NCBI GenBank assembly: GCA_944391425.1
Contig: CALXTO010000001.1
Coordinates: 75,066 to 139,065, forward strand
Direction: 5' to 3'
Length of the DNA stretch: 64,000 nt
From: an uncultured Alphaproteobacteria bacterium
GTDB lineage: Bacteria; Pseudomonadota; Alphaproteobacteria; RF32; CAG-239
Shown here: positions 19,301 through 28,286 of the stretch, piece by piece
Layout: every line of letters begins with the position of its first letter
Position numbering within the stretch: position 1 is the stretch's first letter
Made by a program: the position numbers and the translations under genes
The notes under the pieces: generated by a model
The model's input: the letters and a program-made list of their open reading frames with translations, nothing else
Told to the model about the DNA's origin: nothing
Database searches by the model: none

Positions 19301-20512
19301 CCCGTCAGCCCGTTGATCCAAAGCGTTCATAAAGTCCAGAATCTCGTGGTTGTGTTTAGCTAAAGCCCCGTCGACTTTTTTGATTTGCGCGTCAACCGAT
19401 GTATCCAGACCTTCCAAGCCCTTGGCAAGGTTGCCGTTGATTATATTCAGATTGTCTGCGGCATGCTTGCCGAGCTCGTCGATTTTACCGCGCATCATAT
19501 TGCCGCTGGACGCCAGAACCTGTTCCAGTTTTGCGCTGTGGCTGTCAACGGCATTCTCCAGACTGACGACCTCGGATGCAACGGCTTTCTTTATCATGTT
19601 GCAGTTTTCAATTGCCGATTGGGAAACCTGCTGCAGCACATTGGTCTGCCCTTCCAGCATTTCCACCACTTTGGAAAGGCCTGCGCCGGCCTCTTCATTA
19701 TATTGCTGCAACAGCTCATTGGCACGCGCAATATCGCGGTTGCTGGACGAGGCAATATTATTGAGCAGTTCCGCAGAAGTCTTGATCTCCTTCAACCGGG
19801 GCAAAAGTTTATCAAACAGTCCGTTCATGCTGCTCTCAATTTCATCGGCGCCGGAAACGAACTGGCGGTTCAATCCGGCAAACGTTTCTGCCGAGGCAGC
19901 CGCCTTATCCGATATTGTTTCAAAATTTTTGAGCAGAAACTTCACGCCTTCGCTCAATTCAACAATCGTTTTGGAGGAATAAGTATCTAGAGTGCCGATT
20001 AGTTTGGAAAAGTCTTCAATGTTGCTTTTGATGCCGTCTTTTATTAAAGCTGTTTGTTCGGTTGCCGTTTTGGTGGCCTGCTGAAGCTCCACCACTTGGG
20101 AACGGATGGCGTCGGCCATGGCCTTGGCCGTCTGAGGTGCGCCGTCTTCCGGGTAAACCAGTTGGTTCATATAAGCACGCAGAAATTTAGCCTCTTGTTT
20201 GAAAGAAGTGCCACGGTCAATGTAGGCCATGACAACCCAAATAATCGCCAGCGGCAGCGTAATCCCCGCCAAAAAGCCGCCAAACTCGTCCGGCATCATC
20301 AGAAACAGGTTCGACCAGCCGAAAAACTGAGTGATATAAATCAGAACAACAGCAAACCAAACCACACTGACTCCCACCATCAGCCGGTGCAGATTGTTGT
20401 TCAACCAAGACTGTTTTTCTTCAATCGCGGCATAATTTGGTTCTTCATTCATAAATTGCGGAAGATTGGTGCTAGGTACGGCTTTGCGGCTCTCACCAGT
20501 TTGTTCTGACAT
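16331..20512 (-). CDS. very large membrane-anchored coiled-coil protein (TipN/GPR-like architecture), function unknown
   Basis: 1393-aa uninterrupted ORF. There are two N-terminal hydrophobic helices (LMVGVSVVWFAVVLIYITQFF and FLAGITLPLAIIWVVMAYI). About 1100 aa of S/N/A/E/K/Q-rich helical sequence follow, with internal duplication (...SEASLAQQ... twice). The C-terminal domain of about 150 aa looks globular (LWKKYYNGDSAVFVRYL...GKLYYILAKTL). Confidence 0.85.
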   Translation of the reverse strand: MSEQTGESRKAVPSTNLPQFMNEEPNYAAIEEKQSWLNNNLHRLMVGVSVVWFAVVLIYITQFFGWSNLFLMMPDEFGGFLAGITLPLAIIWVVMAYIDRGTSFKQEAKFLRAYMNQLVYPEDGAPQTAKAMADAIRSQVVELQQATKTATEQTALIKDGIKSNIEDFSKLIGTLDTYSSKTIVELSEGVKFLLKNFETISDKAAASAETFAGLNRQFVSGADEIESSMNGLFDKLLPRLKEIKTSAELLNNIASSSNRDIARANELLQQYNEEAGAGLSKVVEMLEGQTNVLQQVSQSAIENCNMIKKAVASEVVSLENAVDSHSAKLEQVLASSGNMMRGKIDELGKHAADNLNIINGNLAKGLEGLDTSVDAQIKKVDGALAKHNHEILDFMNALDQRADGVIQKFAKHGENIAQEIDRLMVRSSNLEESVATQVANLNMVSQQAAEAMQRVDDTLALSANAIGEKSAAANDDIVSYIETLQEKTADLDRLNSDAMDKITAAAEELLARHKHVNDTINNVSLQIAALNEEVKHSAEHIKIQSDSSIIDMNNVAENMNKYATSLTEASSLVVAQSQISEASLAQQQKNITNSVNKVEDIKAELKRQIEELSAVSASLENDASVTVEKLKSNLGVMLASCNEVINKSKAINDNLAEQSNMFDDSVNRTLAKVTQFENTLMAQSQNMDVLSQSIADRANMVDSILERQIKAVNDVTSSAEESLNQSVSAFENQSQSLNSVSKAAAGYVADVAQSLDDKAAALHVLFKRQENEFYNLCDKIADNTETMSEALKKQIAVIEQSADKVFSRMVMLEEDTNRHTESVVNNSHRSIDRLSEIEELISAKNTAVNKMVTEITTNFNSIANRVQDNITRFTNTVKQVKTDSTEASKGILDSCSKLSSAQGELSKETSNVVKLLDEHIKNIDVSIIKTKTQSEDIGKVLSEQKENLTEVANTLATQARLSEASLAQQYKYLSDATNDVAQKMKEINDAFKNNTGDIFEASTKFAYEFDVLGDRMIKAGEDIAKVSKSSMKNLEQVNLSLSQYSEDLDAAIHHSVENLGGVFKDYEKYIAGFNTVTAETSSGVYEINSLISAQSDKMVKISEDTRKLVDCFNTVLNDTSNALSDRANLAYDKVKALGQDLKNLGLQMEEATRISAAHFENSGDKLRASISEAAANAERISNEILSSGEVFVKQSHVLVATADETINKVNLVMKDLAETGQDFANKGDGIVKQSIQFTDVVGNQVKLLGEQTKKADEAFKKLSSGYQGMKIDDFLKKAAAIIEKLQNISVDINRVFNPKDEDDLWKKYYNGDSAVFVRYLAKNLSKQQIAAVRKEYEKNAEFRNLISSYLSEFEVLISQAQTHEHSGILLSVISGADIGKLYYILAKTLDKLN

Positions 20513-20544
20513 TTAATTATTCCCCAGAAAATATTATGTTCCCC

Positions 20545-20942
20545 AACCTGCTTCCCCACAGGCTGGAGGTATCTTACAGCATTATTTTCAAAAGGGAAAC
20601 ATTAAAAAAATCTCGCACTCACTTATCCACAACTGTAGGAGACTCCCAGTGCGTATCCCTTGCTGTCAATCGCGATACTCCCTGTGGTCGGCTTGCTGGC
20701 GGCAGCTCTGGTATCCGCAATAAGGTTTGTTCGGCAAGGTAAAATTTAATTGCATTTTAAGGTTTTTGCTTTAGGATAACTTCTGCTGTTGAGAGTTTCA
20801 GTGGCGGAGTCTGAAAACTCCTTATCTAGTATCCTTCTCCCTTTGGGGAGCCGGGGGAATAAGGCTATGCACGAAGAACCCGGACTGTCTACTAGAGCAG
20901 TTTTCAGCTCCCCGCCTTAATTTGTTTAAGGCGGTTTCTTTT
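20545..20942 (+). ncRNA. unassigned structured RNA or leader ending in an intrinsic terminator
   Basis: No credible ORF. A nested long-range rod spans 20556-20687 (pairings 20556-20573/20674-20687, 20576-80/20662-66, 20592-97/20656-61, 20614-19/20648-53). Hairpins lie at 20791-20821 and 20820-20866. Two mutually exclusive partners exist for 20811-20820. A terminator sits at 20912-20942. Confidence 0.35.
20912..20942 (+). terminator. intrinsic terminator (plus strand only)
   Basis: CCGCCTTAA-tttgt-TTAAGGCGG followed by TTTCTTTT. There is no A-run on the left side. Confidence 0.75.
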
Positions 20943-20961
20943 AACAAGAAATTCAGGAGTT

Positions 20962-21204
20962 ATGAAAATGAAACACAGAAAGACAATCAAAACATTAATT
21001 GAAGACTGCCATTCGCTGGCGGTGCAGCTGCATGCGCTGCGGATTTCCAAGCAGCTGTCTTTTGAACAGGTTTGCCACGAAACCGGGATACCGCCCTATG
21101 TTCTGGACAATATGGAGCTTGGGCGCGGCACTTTAAATCTTGGTTCTTTGTATGTGTTGGCCAAATACTACGGCAGAAAAGTGAGGATTTCGCTGGTTGA
21201 ATAA
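20962..21204 (+). CDS. XRE-family helix-turn-helix protein (80 aa)
   Basis: HTH segment LSFEQVCHETGIPPYVLDNMELGRG, with an AGGAG RBS 3 nt upstream of the ATG (the second in-frame ATG at 20968 would give a more typical 9-nt spacing). Confidence 0.7.
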   Translation: MKMKHRKTIKTLIEDCHSLAVQLHALRISKQLSFEQVCHETGIPPYVLDNMELGRGTLNLGSLYVLAKYYGRKVRISLVE

Positions 21205-21205
21205 T

Positions 21206-21240
21206 AAAAACGAAGCCCGCTCAATTGAGCGGGTTTTCTT
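21206..21240. terminator. bidirectional intrinsic terminator
   Basis: AAGCCCGCTCA-at-TGAGCGGGTT with flanking A- and T-runs. It lies between the XRE gene (+) and the small ORF/parC unit (-). Confidence 0.8.
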
Positions 21241-21419
21241 TATTCCTCGGCTTTTTTCTGCAGGACGTAACGAAGCTTGTTCAACGCCTGAAGCTGCATT
21301 TGATCCTGAGGCAGGTTTGCCGGAACAACCACGCTGGCTTCAATCTTTGTCTCCGGCTCGATGGCCGTCACTTTGACATAAGCCCCGTTACGCACATATT
21401 CAAACAAAATTTCCGCCAT
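21240..21419 (-). CDS. small conserved-looking hypothetical protein (59 aa) downstream of parC
   Basis: Own translation gives MAEILFEYVRNGAYVKVTAIEPETKIEASVVVPANLPQDQMQLQALNKLRYVLQKKAEE. An AAGGAA RBS lies upstream, and the start is 8 nt after the parC stop. It ends at the terminator and is below the ORF-track cut-off. Confidence 0.55.
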   Translation of the reverse strand: MAEILFEYVRNGAYVKVTAIEPETKIEASVVVPANLPQDQMQLQALNKLRYVLQKKAEE

Positions 21420-21426
21420 ACGCCGT

Positions 21427-23649
21427 TTATTCCTTCAAAAATTTGTTGCTCTTGGGGAAACCGAACGGTGCCAGTTTGCCGACCTGAGCGCGGTGTCCGA
21501 GCCAGGTGAGCAAATCGGTTTCGGTTTTGGTGCCGCCGGCGCGAGTATAAGTAAAGCCCTCCGCTTCGTTAAAAATCTGAATATCCGACAACCCGCCGTC
21601 TTTGTATTTTTGCAACGTAACGCCGCGTCCGCGAGCCATGGTCGGAACTTCTTCAATTTTGAAAACAAGCAGCTTACGATTGTCGCCGATGACAGCTACC
21701 ATATCCCCGGTAATTTTTTTGCAGAAGACGGTCTTCTCACCGTCGGCAACGTTCATGATTTTCCGTCCGTTACGGGTTTGCGCCAACAGGTGGTTTTCAT
21801 CAACCACAAACCCCCTGCCCGTATTAGAGGCAATCAGATAGGACGCCCCGGGTTCAAAAACAAACATATCGGCAATATTGTCGTTGTTACCCAAATCCAC
21901 CATCAGACGCAGCGGTTGTCCGAAACCGCGGCCGCTGGGAATCTCGCTTCCGGAAATATTGAAAAATTTGCCCGAAGTGTCAAATAAGACGATTTTATCC
22001 GTTGTCTGGGCATGAATGGCCATTAACAACGAATCGTCATCCTTAAACTTAAACTCCTCATTAAGCGGATTATGCCCCTTGGTGCAGCGGATCCACCCCT
22101 TTTGTGACAGGATAACCGTAATCGGTTCCTTTTCAACCAAAGCCTCAATTGAAATTTCTATATCATCGGCAATTTCGGAAAATTCAGTACGGCGGCGGCC
22201 CAGAGCCGTCTTTTTGCCGAATTTTTCGCGAATGGCCCTGATTTCTTCGGCAACTTTCTGCCAACGAAGGTTCTCGTCTGCCAGCAGAGCTTCCAGCTCG
22301 CCTTTTTCACCGGAAAGATCGTCAAACTCACGTTTGATTTCGGCTTCCTCAAGCTTGCGGAGACTGCGCAGTTTCATATTTAAAATAGATTCCGCCTGGT
22401 TTTCGGTCAGTTCAAAAGCCTTCATCATCACGGCTTTGGCGTCTTCTTCCTCGCGGATGATGCGAATAATTTCATCCAGATTAAGATAGGCAACCAGGTA
22501 TCCGCTCAAAATTTCCAGCCGATTGTTGATTTTCTGCAGGCGGTAATTGGAACGCCGCTGCAGGACAATATGGCGGTGCTGCAAAAATTCCTGCAAAACT
22601 TCCTTGAGGCTCATTACCCGCGGTACGCCGTCCGAATCCAAAACATTCATGTTCATGTTGAATTTGGACTCCAGTTCGGTTTGTTTAAACAGCAGTTCCA
22701 TCAGCATGCCGGCGTCGACATTGCGGTTTTTGGGTTCCAGAACAATGCGCACGTCATGCGCCGATTCATCGCGGACGTCGTTTAGCAGCGGAACTTTCTT
22801 TTCCTGCAGCAGCTGGGCGATTTTTTCAATCAGCTTGGATTTGACAACCTGGTACGGAATTTCCGTCACCACAATCTGGTACTGCCCCATGCCAAGGTCT
22901 TCCTTTTCCCACTTGGCGCGAATACGGAAATTTCCCCTGCCTTGGGTGTAGGCATCCAAAATGGTGCTGAATTTGTCAACAATGACGCCGCCAGTCGGAA
23001 AATCCGGTCCGCGGACTTTGCGCACCAAAGGTTCAATGTCGATATCCGGCTTTTCAATCAGCAGAAGCAACGCATCGCAAACTTCCGAAAGGTTATGCGG
23101 CGGAATATTGGTTGCCATGCCGACGGCAATGCCGGAAGAACCGTTGCACAACAGATTGGGAACGGCACCGGGCATAACCACCGGTTCGGATTCCTCGCCG
23201 TCATAAGTATCGCGAAAATCAACGGCATCATCATTCAGCCCGTCCATCAGCGCAATGGCAAACTCGGTCAGCCGCGCTTCGGTATAACGCATGGCGGCCG
23301 GGCCGTCGCCGTCGATATTGCCAAAATTGCCCTGCCCGTCAACCAGCGGATAGCGCACCGAAAAATCTTGCGCCAGGCGCGCCATGGCCTGATAAACGGC
23401 ACTGTCGCCGTGCGGATGATACTTACCGATGACATCGCCGACAACGCGAGCACATTTCTTAAACCCGGATTTGGGATCAAGATGCAGCTGGCGCATGGCA
23501 AAAAGCAATCTGCGGTGCACCGGTTTCAGGCCGTCGCGGACATCCGGCAGCGAACGCGCCACGATGGTTGACATTGCATACGAAAGGTAGCGGGAGCTCA
23601 GTTCTTCGGCAAGGGCCACGTTTTTTATTTTTTCTTCAAGTTCTGCCAT
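21427..23649 (-). CDS. parC: DNA topoisomerase IV subunit A
   Basis: 740 aa with type IIA A-subunit blocks (DGLKPVHRR, catalytic AAMRYTE). The length and lack of a GyrA box favour ParC. Confidence 0.9.
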   Translation of the reverse strand: MAELEEKIKNVALAEELSSRYLSYAMSTIVARSLPDVRDGLKPVHRRLLFAMRQLHLDPKSGFKKCARVVGDVIGKYHPHGDSAVYQAMARLAQDFSVRYPLVDGQGNFGNIDGDGPAAMRYTEARLTEFAIALMDGLNDDAVDFRDTYDGEESEPVVMPGAVPNLLCNGSSGIAVGMATNIPPHNLSEVCDALLLLIEKPDIDIEPLVRKVRGPDFPTGGVIVDKFSTILDAYTQGRGNFRIRAKWEKEDLGMGQYQIVVTEIPYQVVKSKLIEKIAQLLQEKKVPLLNDVRDESAHDVRIVLEPKNRNVDAGMLMELLFKQTELESKFNMNMNVLDSDGVPRVMSLKEVLQEFLQHRHIVLQRRSNYRLQKINNRLEILSGYLVAYLNLDEIIRIIREEEDAKAVMMKAFELTENQAESILNMKLRSLRKLEEAEIKREFDDLSGEKGELEALLADENLRWQKVAEEIRAIREKFGKKTALGRRRTEFSEIADDIEISIEALVEKEPITVILSQKGWIRCTKGHNPLNEEFKFKDDDSLLMAIHAQTTDKIVLFDTSGKFFNISGSEIPSGRGFGQPLRLMVDLGNNDNIADMFVFEPGASYLIASNTGRGFVVDENHLLAQTRNGRKIMNVADGEKTVFCKKITGDMVAVIGDNRKLLVFKIEEVPTMARGRGVTLQKYKDGGLSDIQIFNEAEGFTYTRAGGTKTETDLLTWLGHRAQVGKLAPFGFPKSNKFLKE

Positions 23650-23671
23650 ATTATAAGGGTCCAGTAGTCGG

Positions 23672-24385
23672 TTATTTTACAATTTCTGCCAAATTAACAC
23701 GGCATTCGGGAAATTTCAAGCCATGTGCGGCAAAAAAGTTTTTATAGAGGAAAAACTCGGTCATTTTCAGCAAATCCGCTACTTCCGAAGCATCCGGACG
23801 ATAATTCTGCCTAAGGATAAAATGCGGATATTTGTACAAGCGCTCCTTGTATGGTTCTCCGGCTTCGGCACAAACGGCGCGACCAGTCTTGGGTGAAACA
23901 TAAGCCAGATTTTCGGTGGTTCCGGTAGCGGAACATTCACTCAGGTCCAACCCGATACCGAGAAAATCCATAAGATAAAATTCAAAGTAACAATAATGTG
24001 TTAGCCAGTTATCTTCATTTATAAGATTAAAAAAACTGTCCACATAATAATAAAAACGTTCCAAATCTTCAAGCTCCGGCATACAGGCATTCGACAAAGC
24101 GCAAAATGATGACAAGACGCGGAGCTTGTCGCTGTCGCCCCAAAAACTGACGGCAAACGGCGTTATTAATTCGCTTTTAAAGCTGAGCATATTGTCATCT
24201 ACCCGGGCATAAGCCTCAACAGAAATCAAATTGCCCAGCTGATAAACGGAAAGATTCTTTTTGGAGAGGCTGTTTTTGGCATAACCGGTAACTTTGCCGT
24301 GACTACGCGTCAAAACGGTGAGGATCAGAGATTTTTCACCGTGCCTGCGCAAGTTCACAATATAGCCTTCGTCTTTGAATTTCAT
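23672..24385 (-). CDS. recO: DNA repair protein RecO
   Basis: 237 aa with an OB-fold N-terminus (EGYIVNLRRHGEKSLILTVLTRSHGKVTGYAK). Confidence 0.8.
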   Translation of the reverse strand: MKFKDEGYIVNLRRHGEKSLILTVLTRSHGKVTGYAKNSLSKKNLSVYQLGNLISVEAYARVDDNMLSFKSELITPFAVSFWGDSDKLRVLSSFCALSNACMPELEDLERFYYYVDSFFNLINEDNWLTHYCYFEFYLMDFLGIGLDLSECSATGTTENLAYVSPKTGRAVCAEAGEPYKERLYKYPHFILRQNYRPDASEVADLLKMTEFFLYKNFFAAHGLKFPECRVNLAEIVK

Positions 24386-24483
24386 GTAAATACCTTAACT
24401 TCCCGGACTGATGCCGTCAACAAATTTATTGACAAAATCCCCTCGCCGGTTACTATAAACGTACTCATCAATTATTTACGGCT

Positions 24484-24798
24484 ATGAAATACATTATTTT
24501 TTCCCTTTACAGGTTCTATTACGTGCTGCTGATTGCCGTTTTGGGCGTTTCGATTTATGTTTCATGCAGTTTTTGGGACAAGAACGTCATGGTTTTCGGA
24601 GCCGTTTTGGTTCTTCCGGTTTTAGCCATCGCCTCGACAATGGCTTTTGGGGCTTCCCGGATCCGAAAACAACATGGACAACGCTTGTCCGCGCACCTGA
24701 AAAGCCTGAATTTTGTTTTGGGTTTTCTGTGGAGCCTCGCGTTTATGCTGTTTCTTATTTTAGGCTGTGCGGCAATGTTTGCACCGATGCTGGGATGA
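24484..24798 (+). CDS. hypothetical membrane protein
   Basis: 104 aa with three hydrophobic helices, followed directly by a terminator. Confidence 0.5.
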   Translation: MKYIIFSLYRFYYVLLIAVLGVSIYVSCSFWDKNVMVFGAVLVLPVLAIASTMAFGASRIRKQHGQRLSAHLKSLNFVLGFLWSLAFMLFLILGCAAMFAPMLG

Positions 24799-24835
24799 AA
24801 GAGCCTGAGTTTAACTCAGGCTCTTTTGTTTTTTT
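24799..24835. terminator. bidirectional intrinsic terminator
   Basis: AGAGCCTGAGT-tta-ACTCAGGCTCT plus a T-run, between convergent genes. Confidence 0.8.
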
Positions 24836-25679
24836 AATAGTCATGGATCATGCTTTTGGTAATCCGATCATATGCCTGAAGTTCCGTCAAGACCCGTTCC
24901 ATATCTTTCAGAGCAATGGTGTTGGGACCGTCAGAAAGCGCCTTGTCCGGATTTTCATGCGTTTCGATAAACACCGCCGCAACGCCGACAGCTACCGCCG
25001 CCCGCGCCAACACAGGCGCAAATTCCCGTTGTCCGCCCGAACAACCGCCCAAACCGCCGGGCTGTTGTACCGAATGGGTCGCATCCATGATGACCGGGCA
25101 GCCCGTATCCCTGGCCATTTGCGGAAAAGAGCGCATATCCGTAACCAGAGTATTGTAGCCAAAAGAGGTGCCGCGTTCGGTAATGCAAACATTGGAATTA
25201 CCGCTGTCGTCAGACTTTTTGACCAGATTCTTCATATCCCAGGGCGCAAGGAACTGCCCTTTTTTGATATTAATGACTTTACCGGTTTTGGCTGCAGCAA
25301 CGACCAAATCCGTCTGGCGGCACAAAAAAGCCGGAATTTGCAACATATCGACATGACGGGCAACCTCGGCGCACTGCCCCTGCTCGTGCACGTCCGTTAC
25401 AATCGGAATATTGTCATATAACTTCTTAATTTCATCAAACGTCCGCATCCCCTCTTCAAGCCCGACGCCGCGGGCACCATTGATGGAAGTACGGTTGGCT
25501 TTGTCAAAAGAAGCCTTGAAAACATAATTCATGTTCAGCTTTTGGGTAATTTCAACCATTGCTCCGCAAATATCGACGGCATGCTGCCGGCTTTCAATTT
25601 GGCAGGGACCGCACAACAACGCGAGCGGAAGTTTGTTGCCAATCTCAAAATCTCCGATTTTGATTATTCTTTGTTCCAT
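24834..25679 (-). CDS. kdsA: 3-deoxy-8-phosphooctulonate synthase
   Basis: 281 aa with KdsA blocks (LLCGPCQIES, FKASFDKANR, DATHSVQ). Confidence 0.95.
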   Translation of the reverse strand: MEQRIIKIGDFEIGNKLPLALLCGPCQIESRQHAVDICGAMVEITQKLNMNYVFKASFDKANRTSINGARGVGLEEGMRTFDEIKKLYDNIPIVTDVHEQGQCAEVARHVDMLQIPAFLCRQTDLVVAAAKTGKVINIKKGQFLAPWDMKNLVKKSDDSGNSNVCITERGTSFGYNTLVTDMRSFPQMARDTGCPVIMDATHSVQQPGGLGGCSGGQREFAPVLARAAVAVGVAAVFIETHENPDKALSDGPNTIALKDMERVLTELQAYDRITKSMIHDY

Positions 25680-25795
25680 TGTCTGAAAACCTTTCAGTAA
25701 TTGTTTTTAGATATTCCTGTTCTATCAGGTTTCCGCCTTTTTGGCAATTAAATAAAAAAAATCCCCAGTTTTTTTGCCGCAGCCGGAGCTTTCGC

Positions 25796-26344
25796 TCAAA
25801 AAGAAAAACGTATCCAAGTAAAGAGGACGTTCCCGTCGTTTTTGACACCCGGAACATATGCCGCCTGCACAGCCAGTTTTTTATACTCTATTCCGGCAAT
25901 CGGCAGAGGTATGGGTATTGGAATATAAGAGTATTCGTGCCGCTGGGTAACACCAAGCGTATAGCCCACCCCGGCCCTGAAATCCGGGTTGCCGCCGATG
26001 CTCCAGTTCTTTTGGAAAGCGTAACCGAAAAAAGTTTCAAGATAGCTGTTGGAATCTTTAAATGCCATGGCATAAAGGCCATGCCAGTCACCATCTTCGT
26101 CATAGCAGGATTTTCCCAACCCCGCGCCCCAGGGATTTTCGTTATATTTGTCAATATGTTCACGGTCATAAGTCAGGCGGTTATGCCAGGCGTAAACCGG
26201 AATATACAGGTCATAGCTGCCGGAATTCCACGCTGCGCGGACATTCTTGTCCAGTTCATCCCAATATTTTCGCAGGCTGAAACCAGCATGTGCCTGCGGG
26301 CTGAACAATATGAAAGCAAAAATTAAAATGCAGAAGCGATACAT
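25796..26344 (-). CDS. pagP: lipid A palmitoyltransferase PagP
   Basis: 182 aa with a signal peptide and PagP blocks (YIPVYAWHNR, YNENPWGAGLG, ends ...FTWIRFSF). Confidence 0.8.
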   Translation of the reverse strand: MYRFCILIFAFILFSPQAHAGFSLRKYWDELDKNVRAAWNSGSYDLYIPVYAWHNRLTYDREHIDKYNENPWGAGLGKSCYDEDGDWHGLYAMAFKDSNSYLETFFGYAFQKNWSIGGNPDFRAGVGYTLGVTQRHEYSYIPIPIPLPIAGIEYKKLAVQAAYVPGVKNDGNVLFTWIRFSF

Positions 26345-26521
26345 CCGTTTATTCTTATAAGTTTATGTTTAATGAATTTATAGTTATGAATTCAGCGTTT
26401 GACAAGGGTTGGTTTGAAATAACTTTTCTGAATATTCCCTGACAGAAAACAGATCAATACGACTTTAATGACGCGAAGCCGCACGAGCAATAAGGGCTCC
26501 GCTCCCTGTTGTAAAAGACAT

Positions 26522-26547
26522 AAAAAAGCCCCTCATACGAGGGGCCG
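26522..26547 (-). terminator. intrinsic terminator of pyrG
   Basis: Minus-strand hairpin GCCCCTC-gtatga-GGGGC followed by TTTTTT. Confidence 0.8.
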
Positions 26548-26551
26548 AAGA

Positions 26552-28189
26552 TTATAAAAGCCGACTTTTGTCAATTGCCGCTTTAATAAACGACACGAAC
26601 AAAGGCGCCGGAGCAAACGGTCGGGATTTCAATTCGGGATGGAATTGAACGCCGATAAACCAGGGATGATCCGGAATTTCAACAATTTCAGGCAGTTTGC
26701 CGTCCGGCGATTTTCCAGAAATCAGCATCCCGCCCATACGCAGCTGCGGTTCATATTTCATATTTACTTCATAACGGTGGCGATGCCGCTCGGAAATTTT
26801 ATCCGTTCCATAAACTTTGGCAGCCAATGAATTGGGATTCAACACACATTCATAAGCCCCAAGGCGCATGGTTCCTCCCAAATCTCCGTCTTTATGGCGA
26901 ATCTGCCGCGCTCCTTCTTTGTCCCATTCGGTCATCAGCCCTACGACAGGTTCGCAATCAGGCATGAACTCCGTCGTACCGGCGTTTTTGATGTTTAATA
27001 CATTGCGCATAGTTTCAATAACCGCCATCTGCATGCCGAAACAAATGCCGAGGAACGGAATTTTATGTTCGCGCGCGTAGCGGATGGCATTGATTTTGCC
27101 TTCGGTGCCGCGTTGCCCGAAACCGCCGGGAACCAAAATGGCGCTGACATCGTTCAAATGGTCTGCCGGATTTTCTTTTTCTAAAAGTTCCGAGTCAATC
27201 CATTTGATTTTGACCTTGTATTTATTGGCTATTCCGCCATGAGTCAAAGCTTCGTTCAACGACTTGTAAGCTTCCAGAAGCTGGGTATATTTGCCGACAA
27301 CAGCCACCCTGACTTCGCCTTCGGGATGACGCAGGGTTTCGACAATGTTTTCCCATTTGCTTAAATCCGGCTCCCGATCGCAAGGAATACCAAAATGTCT
27401 GCAGACCTGTCTGTCCATTCCTTCATGAGAATATGCCACGGGAACCTGATAAATACTGCCGACATCAAGGGCAGTGATGACATTTTCCTCGCGAATATTA
27501 CAAAACAGCGCTATTTTGCGCTTTTCATTTTGAGGAATCGGCATCTGCGAACGGCAAAGCAGCATATCCGGCTGAATTCCGTATTCCTGAAGCTTTTTGA
27601 CCGAATGCTGAGTCGGTTTAGTTTTCAATTCTCCCGCCGTCGGGATATAAGGCAGCAGCGTCACGTGGATAAACATTGCGCGTTCGCGCCCCAGGTCATA
27701 TGCGACCTGACGGATAGCCTCCAGATAAGGCTGACCTTCAATATCACCGACTGTGCCGCCTATTTCGCACAAAACAAAATCCTCGTCCGTAATGTCTGAT
27801 AAAATAAAATCTTTGATTTCGTTAGTGACATGGGGAACAACCTGAATGGTAGCGCCCAAATAATCGCCGTGACGTTCTTTGTCAATCACGCGCTGATATA
27901 TTTTGCCAGTGGTAATACTGTCCGTTTTATGACAGGCAACTCCGGAAAAACGCTCGTAATGTCCGAGATCCAAATCGGTTTCAGCACCGTCATCGGTTAC
28001 AAACACCTCACCGTGCTGATACGGGCTCATGGTTCCCGGGTCGACGTTCAGATAAGGGTCGAGTTTACGCAGCCTCACCTTAAACCCCCTCGCCTGCAAA
28101 ATGGAAGAAAGCGAGGCGGATGCCAAGCCTTTTCCCAAAGAGGAAACCACACCGCCGGTGATAAAGATATATTTTGTATTTTCAGACAT
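26552..28189 (-). CDS. pyrG: CTP synthase
   Basis: 545 aa. N-terminus [16 protein letters not shown] and a glutamine amidotransferase domain (GICFGMQ, HRHRYE). Confidence 0.97.
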   Translation of the reverse strand: MSENTKYIFITGGVVSSLGKGLASASLSSILQARGFKVRLRKLDPYLNVDPGTMSPYQHGEVFVTDDGAETDLDLGHYERFSGVACHKTDSITTGKIYQRVIDKERHGDYLGATIQVVPHVTNEIKDFILSDITDEDFVLCEIGGTVGDIEGQPYLEAIRQVAYDLGRERAMFIHVTLLPYIPTAGELKTKPTQHSVKKLQEYGIQPDMLLCRSQMPIPQNEKRKIALFCNIREENVITALDVGSIYQVPVAYSHEGMDRQVCRHFGIPCDREPDLSKWENIVETLRHPEGEVRVAVVGKYTQLLEAYKSLNEALTHGGIANKYKVKIKWIDSELLEKENPADHLNDVSAILVPGGFGQRGTEGKINAIRYAREHKIPFLGICFGMQMAVIETMRNVLNIKNAGTTEFMPDCEPVVGLMTEWDKEGARQIRHKDGDLGGTMRLGAYECVLNPNSLAAKVYGTDKISERHRHRYEVNMKYEPQLRMGGMLISGKSPDGKLPEIVEIPDHPWFIGVQFHPELKSRPFAPAPLFVSFIKAAIDKSRLL

Positions 28190-28286
28190 TTGAGTACCTT
28201 TTACTAGTTCATTAACTATTTTATTTTAAAGTGACAAAGGCACCTTTTGTTTCAGGTGCCTTTGTATTTCGGGTTTGTTTGTTCAT

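Noticed and set aside
16316-20509. Many plus-strand ORFs of 60-224 aa inside the giant coiled-coil gene
   Set aside because: They are a typical artefact of repetitive GCN/AAN-rich coiled-coil coding sequence. The 1393-aa minus frame is uninterrupted and internally consistent.
20545-20942. RNase P RNA, SRP RNA or cobalamin riboswitch assignment for the structured region
   Set aside because: The size and a GAACCCGG string recalled the RNase P P4 helix. However, neither strand has the universal GGAAAGUCCGG block or the GGUAAGAGC region. There is no SRP GGAA-tetraloop domain IV motif. The GCCACUG on the minus strand lacks the rest of the B12 core and has no B12-related downstream gene.
24564-25421. 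285-aa plus-strand ORF
   Set aside because: It is antisense to kdsA and overlaps the better-supported 104-aa membrane ORF.
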